This document shows, piece by piece, positions 28,032 through 32,743 of a DNA stretch of 32,743 nucleotides. Origin of the DNA: Candidatus Aenigmatarchaeota archaeon (lineage in GTDB: Archaea > EX4484-52); contig JAGLPV010000042.1 in assembly GCA_023137195.1 (NCBI GenBank), positions 1 through 32,743 on the forward strand, written 5' to 3'. The notes under the pieces were generated by a model. That model saw only the letters and a list, made by a program, of their open reading frames with translations, searched no databases and was not told the DNA's origin. Both the position numbers and the translations under genes were made by a program. Within the stretch, counting starts at the first letter, position 1. Every line of letters begins with the position of its first letter.

Positions 28032-29657
28032 ATGCATATAAAAGAAATCACAATTAAGAATTATAAATGTTTTAAAGGAACATTTCATTTAAAATTAAAT
28101 AAAAATACAAATATTCTTGTTGGAAATAATGAAGCTGGAAAATCAACAATTTTAGAAGCAGTTCATCTAACACTAACAGGGTTGATAAATGGAAAATACT
28201 TAAAAACAGAATTAACTCAACACCTTTTTAATAATGAAATTATTGAAGAATATTTAGAAAATATTAATAATACTAATTTGACTACAATACCATCATCACC
28301 CCCAGAGATTATAATAGAGCTTTTTATAGAAAGTGATGATTTATCTATTCTAGAAGGTAGCAAAAATAGTAAAAATAGAAAAGAATGTGGTTTATCATTC
28401 AAAATTAGTTTAAAGGATAATTTAAAAGAAGAATATGAGGAGTTAGTAAAATCGGGAAAAATTAAATCACTGCCCATAGAATATTATGATTTTTCATGGA
28501 CTTCCTTTGCAAGAGAATCTAAAACACCAAGAACAATACCTATAAAATCAGCATTAATAGATTCATCCAGTAATAGATATCTAAATGGATCAGACGTATA
28601 TATTTCTCGTATAGTTAAAGATTACTTGGATATTAAAGATATAATCAATATTTCTAAAGCTCATCGTAAATTAAAAGATGCTTTTTCAGAGGAACAGGCA
28701 ATTAAAGATATTAATAAAAAAATTCAAGATGCTTCAAAAATTTCTAATAAAAATATTGAATTGTCTGTTGACTTATCCACAAAAAATGCATGGGAAAATA
28801 GTTTAACAACTTATTTGGATAAAATTCCATTTCATTACATAGGTAAAGGAGAACAATGCATTATTAAAACTAATTTAGCTTTAAATCATAAAAAAGCTAC
28901 TGAAGCAAATATTTTATTATTAGAAGAACCTGAAAATCATTTATCTCACACTAAACTTAGTCAATTAATGAAAGATATTAAAGAAAAGAATGACAAACAG
29001 ATTATAATTTCTACTCACAGTAGCTATGTTGCAAATAAACTAGGATTAAATGAGCTAATTATTTTAAACAATCGTAAAACTACTTTATTGTCTAATTTAA
29101 GTAAAGACACACAATTATTCTTTGAAAAATTGTCTGGATACAATACTTTAAGATTTGTTCTTTGTAAAAAAGCAATTCTGGTTGAAGGAGATTCAGATGA
29201 ATTAATTGTACAAAAAGCATATCTGAATAGTAATAATGGAAGATTACCTATCGAAGATGAAATTGATGTAATATCCGTTGGATTATCTTTTAAGAGATTT
29301 TTAGAAATTGCACAGAAGATTCAACAACAAGTAAGGGTTGTTACTGATAACGATGGAAATTATGATGATAATATTACAAAAAAATATGAATCTTACAATG
29401 ATTGTCAATCAATTATGATCTGTGCTGATTCAGATAACTCATTAAATAGCCTTGAACCTCAAATCGTAGATATAAATGATTTAACTATTTTGAGAACGGT
29501 ATTAGGAATAACTTCTGAAAAATATCCAGATAAAAGTGCAATTGTGAAGTATATGGAAAACAATAAAACAAAATGTGCATTAAAAATATTTGATACTGAT
29601 GAAAATATAAAGTTTCCACAATATGTCTTGGATGCGATAAATGATGAATATGAGTGA
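28032..29657 (+). CDS. gajA: OLD-family ATP-dependent TOPRIM nuclease (Gabija GajA-like)
   Basis: Walker A GNNEAGKS, Walker B LLLEEPENHL, STHS, and TOPRIM motifs LVEGDSD and DND. Confidence 0.85.
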   Translation: MHIKEITIKNYKCFKGTFHLKLNKNTNILVGNNEAGKSTILEAVHLTLTGLINGKYLKTELTQHLFNNEIIEEYLENINNTNLTTIPSSPPEIIIELFIESDDLSILEGSKNSKNRKECGLSFKISLKDNLKEEYEELVKSGKIKSLPIEYYDFSWTSFARESKTPRTIPIKSALIDSSSNRYLNGSDVYISRIVKDYLDIKDIINISKAHRKLKDAFSEEQAIKDINKKIQDASKISNKNIELSVDLSTKNAWENSLTTYLDKIPFHYIGKGEQCIIKTNLALNHKKATEANILLLEEPENHLSHTKLSQLMKDIKEKNDKQIIISTHSSYVANKLGLNELIILNNRKTTLLSNLSKDTQLFFEKLSGYNTLRFVLCKKAILVEGDSDELIVQKAYLNSNNGRLPIEDEIDVISVGLSFKRFLEIAQKIQQQVRVVTDNDGNYDDNITKKYESYNDCQSIMICADSDNSLNSLEPQIVDINDLTILRTVLGITSEKYPDKSAIVKYMENNKTKCALKIFDTDENIKFPQYVLDAINDEYE

Positions 29658-30786
29658 AAACAAATTAATTATTGCTGCTGCGGGTTCTGGAAAAACCACT
29701 TTTATTATCAATGAAGCATTAAAACAAACAGATAATGTATTAATAACGACATTTACAGAAGCAAACGAAAAAGAAATTAAAAATAAAATTATTAAGATTA
29801 AGAAATGTATTCCAGCAAATATAACTATCCAAACATGGTTCTCATTTTTATTACAGCATGGAGTAAGACCATATCAAGATTCATTAAATTCCGAATTATA
29901 TCATAAAAAAATAGGATTTTATCTTACGGAAAGACCTTCAGGATATAGATTTACTAACAAATTCAAACAACCTGTTTATTGGGGAGAAAAAGATTTTTTC
30001 AATTATTATTTTGATAAAAAATTTAAAATATATTCAGATAAGATTTCTAAATTTATAATTGAATCAGATAAGAAAACAAATGGAAAAATATTTAATAGAA
30101 TTTCAAAAATATATAAACATATTTTTATTGATGAAGTACAAGATTTAGCAGGTTGGGATTTAGAAATTTTAAAATCATTATTTAAGATTTCATCTAATAT
30201 ACTCTTAGTTGGCGATCCAAGACAAGTTACTTACTTAACACATCATCCTAAAAAATATGCAAAATACAAAAATGGTCAAATTATTGATTTTATTAAAAAT
30301 GAATGCACAAAAGACATCTGCAATATAGATTTAGACAACCTAAATAAATCACATAGAAATAACAAGGAAATTTGTTATTATTCTTCAAAATTATTCCCTG
30401 ATTTTAATCCATGTTTAGCCTGTACTTGTGCTAAATGTAGGGAGCAAAACACAGACCATGAAGGTGTATTTTTTGTTAAAAAAGAAGATGTTGAAAAATA
30501 TTTTAAAAAATATTCACCAACGATATTGAAACCAAAATCTGCTATTTATCCTGAATGGAACTATGGAAAATCAAAAGGTTTAACTTTTGATAGAGTCCTT
30601 ATATATCCAACAAGTCCAATTATTAAATGGATTGGAAATAATGATGAAGATTTACCGCCAACAAGTCGCTCTAAATTTTATGTTGCTTTAACCAGAGCCA
30701 AACACAGTGTGGCAATAATTTATAATTATGTTAAGGAAGATAATCTTGACGGAATTCAGAAATGGGAGAATATAGAAATGAAATGA
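29650..30786 (+). CDS. gajB: UvrD-like helicase (Gabija GajB-like)
   Basis: Motifs AAAGSGKT, DEVQD, VGDPRQ, KGLTF and YVALTRAK. Overlaps the gajA stop. Confidence 0.85.
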   Translation: MSENKLIIAAAGSGKTTFIINEALKQTDNVLITTFTEANEKEIKNKIIKIKKCIPANITIQTWFSFLLQHGVRPYQDSLNSELYHKKIGFYLTERPSGYRFTNKFKQPVYWGEKDFFNYYFDKKFKIYSDKISKFIIESDKKTNGKIFNRISKIYKHIFIDEVQDLAGWDLEILKSLFKISSNILLVGDPRQVTYLTHHPKKYAKYKNGQIIDFIKNECTKDICNIDLDNLNKSHRNNKEICYYSSKLFPDFNPCLACTCAKCREQNTDHEGVFFVKKEDVEKYFKKYSPTILKPKSAIYPEWNYGKSKGLTFDRVLIYPTSPIIKWIGNNDEDLPPTSRSKFYVALTRAKHSVAIIYNYVKEDNLDGIQKWENIEMK

Positions 30787-30973
30787 TGTATTCAATAATT
30801 TAATAGAACGCCTTAAATGTTCTTTTAAAAAAAGAACCAAAAAGCCCCTCCTAAAAAACAAAAAAGAATTGTTCCCTAGACTTGTTCTTGCTGTGTCGCA
30901 TTCGCTCATTTGATAGAACGCCACTAAAAATTACTCTGCGGTTTGCTTCGCAAATCCTCAGGACGGCTTGCAG

Positions 30974-31076
30974 CCTTTCGTTTCGCTCACCCTTCTCATT
31001 TAATAAGGATTATGAGGAAAATCTGCTGTTCCCAATCGCCTACGGCGAACTTCTCATAATCCTGATTATACAAAAC
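30974..31076 (+). repeat. attC-like/dif-like hairpin site C
   Basis: TTCTCATTTAA-TAAGGA-TTATGAGGAAA, CCCAATCGCCTACGGCGA, then ACTTCTCATAA-TCCTGA-TTATACAAAAC. Confidence 0.8.
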
Positions 31077-31132
31077 TCTAACCCAATCTAAAAACAAATA
31101 TGTTTAAATAAATATGAGGATTTATCATAGAT

Positions 31133-31600
31133 ATGAAATACACAATAGAACAAATTGGGATAATCCACAGTCCATATAAAACAAAAGAGGAATGTCCTAT
31201 TCAAGGCAATGTAAATCCCGAAGGGAAAGGACAAATAGAATTATTTACAGAATATGAAGAAGGATTAGAAACAATTGAGACATTTTCACATATTATGCTG
31301 TTTTATATTTTTGATAAAGCCGGCGAAATAAAATTAGCCCGTCCAACATTTTTAGATGATTCTCCACATGGCGTTTTTGCTTCCAGGCATCCTTGTAGAC
31401 CAAACAGCATCGGCATCTCAATTGTAAAACTAGAAAAAAGAAACAAAACTATTATGGTAGTATCAGGAATAGACGTTCTCGACAAGACCCCTCTAATTGA
31501 TATTAAACCATACATCTTCAGATTTGATCATTTTGATAACGCAAATAACGGATGGGCAGAGACAAAAAAAATCCGTCCAAAACCAAAGGCAATAGAATAA
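31133..31600 (+). CDS. tsaA: tRNA m6t6A37 methyltransferase TrmO/TsaA family
   Basis: Motifs IGIIHSPY, GVFASRHPCRPNSIG and TPLIDIKPY. Confidence 0.9.
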   Translation: MKYTIEQIGIIHSPYKTKEECPIQGNVNPEGKGQIELFTEYEEGLETIETFSHIMLFYIFDKAGEIKLARPTFLDDSPHGVFASRHPCRPNSIGISIVKLEKRNKTIMVVSGIDVLDKTPLIDIKPYIFRFDHFDNANNGWAETKKIRPKPKAIE

Positions 31601-31604
31601 AACC

Positions 31605-31726
31605 AAGACTGTACTTTCACTCTATCACTCCGTTTACCCCCACCCTACAACAAAAGACAAATTACTTAAATCACAATTTCCCAATTATTCACTGCATTCA
31701 CAAAACACATTTTATCTCTGGGGTTA
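31605..31726 (+). repeat. Decayed hairpin site D downstream of tsaA
   Basis: CTGTACTTTCACTCTATCACTCC, TACAA-CAAAAG-ACAAAT, TTTCCCAATT and CATTTTAT-CTCTGGGG-TTA are collinear with the minus strand of site B. Confidence 0.45.
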
Positions 31727-31846
31727 AGGTTTTATTGTTCGTTGCTTGTAAAAAACAATTACAACAACCAAACTGTTGTTTAATACAACCCAGGAATTAA
31801 TAAATATAAAAAGCTACTTTCAAATAAACTTCTATGGGGTTGTAAA

Positions 31847-32650
31847 ATGGAAGAGAAAAAATTACTAAAAGCAATGGGATTAAACAATTACGAAACAGCA
31901 GTTTATCTCAAACTGGCAGAATTCAACACAGCAGAAGCCGGGAAATTATGCAAGGAATCAGGAGTTCCTTTCGGCAGAATCTACGAAGTATTGAACTCTT
32001 TGGAAAAAAAAAGTTTGGTCGACATAGAATATACAAGACCAAAAAAATACACAATCAAAAGACCAAAAACAGCATTCATCAACATACTAAAAAACAAAAG
32101 ACAGGCAATGGAAACAGAATTTCAAAAAACAGCAGAGACCATTTGCCGGATAGAAAACAAAATATTAAACCACGCACCCGAAGACACATTAAAAGAAAAA
32201 CCCCATTGGACAACAGCAGGAAAAGAGGAAATCGAAGAGATGACAATAAGCAATTTTGACGAAGCAAAAGAAAACCTTTTCGTAATGCTAAAAAACAACA
32301 CACCTGTAAAAATACAGGATCCCTTAAAACACACACTAATTGCATTGGCAGACGCCATAAAAAGAGGCGTTAAAGTAAGACTGCTCGTCGGCAATGGCTT
32401 TTCCATTCCAGAGGACAACATACAAAAAAAACACATAAAACAAGTATTCACCCACGCCGAAGTCAGATTCTACCACAGGATAAGATATTATTTTGACATA
32501 GCGGATATTGACAAGGTAATCCTAAAAATAAACAACCCCGTAAATGAAAGACAACTAATCGCCGCCATAAAAACCACAGACGCCGAGTTAGCAGGAGAAT
32601 TAAAAAAAAAATTTAGAGCGATGTGGATAAGAGCAAAAAAACTAAATTAA
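31847..32650 (+). CDS. TrmB family transcriptional regulator
   Basis: wHTH GLNNYETAVY...SGVPFGRIYEVLNSLEKK...RPKKY, followed by a PLD-like effector domain (KRGVKVRLL). Confidence 0.88.
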   Translation: MEEKKLLKAMGLNNYETAVYLKLAEFNTAEAGKLCKESGVPFGRIYEVLNSLEKKSLVDIEYTRPKKYTIKRPKTAFINILKNKRQAMETEFQKTAETICRIENKILNHAPEDTLKEKPHWTTAGKEEIEEMTISNFDEAKENLFVMLKNNTPVKIQDPLKHTLIALADAIKRGVKVRLLVGNGFSIPEDNIQKKHIKQVFTHAEVRFYHRIRYYFDIADIDKVILKINNPVNERQLIAAIKTTDAELAGELKKKFRAMWIRAKKLN

Positions 32651-32652
32651 AA

Positions 32653-32723
32653 AAATCCACAAGATTATGGCGATTAACACAAGATTAAAATAAAAATAAA
32701 ATCTCGTGGAAATCTATGTAATC
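32653..32723 (+). repeat. Intergenic palindromic repeat family, copy 4 (interrupted)
   Basis: 32655-32723 matches 11005-11073 at 66/69 nt by manual count, then the similarity stops abruptly. Confidence 0.9.
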
Positions 32724-32743
32724 AGGCTGTCCGATAATTCAAA

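Larger units (their letters stand above)
27859..31065 (+). mobile_element. Putative gene cassette C carrying Gabija-like genes
   Basis: Starts TTAAATGAAAT (27859-27869), a 9/11 match to the reverse complement of the inner arm TTCTCATTTAA (30993-31003). Visibly more AT-rich than the flanks. Confidence 0.72.

Noticed and set aside
149-32451. Many antisense or alternate-frame ORFs in the track (for example 149-547, 11462-11989, 14532-14996, 32122-32451)
   Set aside because: They overlap well-supported genes and have no motifs of their own.

Overview
AT-rich archaeal chromosomal segment. The divergent sequences and scrambled ribosomal gene order suggest a DPANN-type lineage, which is an inference. 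The backbone is housekeeping: TatD, RpoK, eS6, PAC2, uL24, eL15, uL1, RpoF, eL14, aIF6, GlyA, Cbf5, aCPSF1, TsaC/Sua5, ABCE1, tRNA-Arg(TCG), two glycosyltransferases and several secreted proteins. Three clear accessory modules and one decayed one are inserted into it: an MFS transporter (8677-10118), a small Cys-peptidase-like gene (24214-24969), a Gabija-like OLD-nuclease/UvrD pair (27859-31065) and TsaA (31066-31723). Each module ends in a related ~85-nt hairpin site made of two inverted 11-6-11 dif-like units around a GCC-TWC-GGC stem-loop. The arm missing from each site is found at the far end of the same module, so circularisation would rebuild the hairpin. This looks like a dispersed attC-like or dif-like gene-cassette system, with no recombinase in the window. 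A second, unrelated family of intergenic palindromic repeats built from 9-10-nt units occurs four times.
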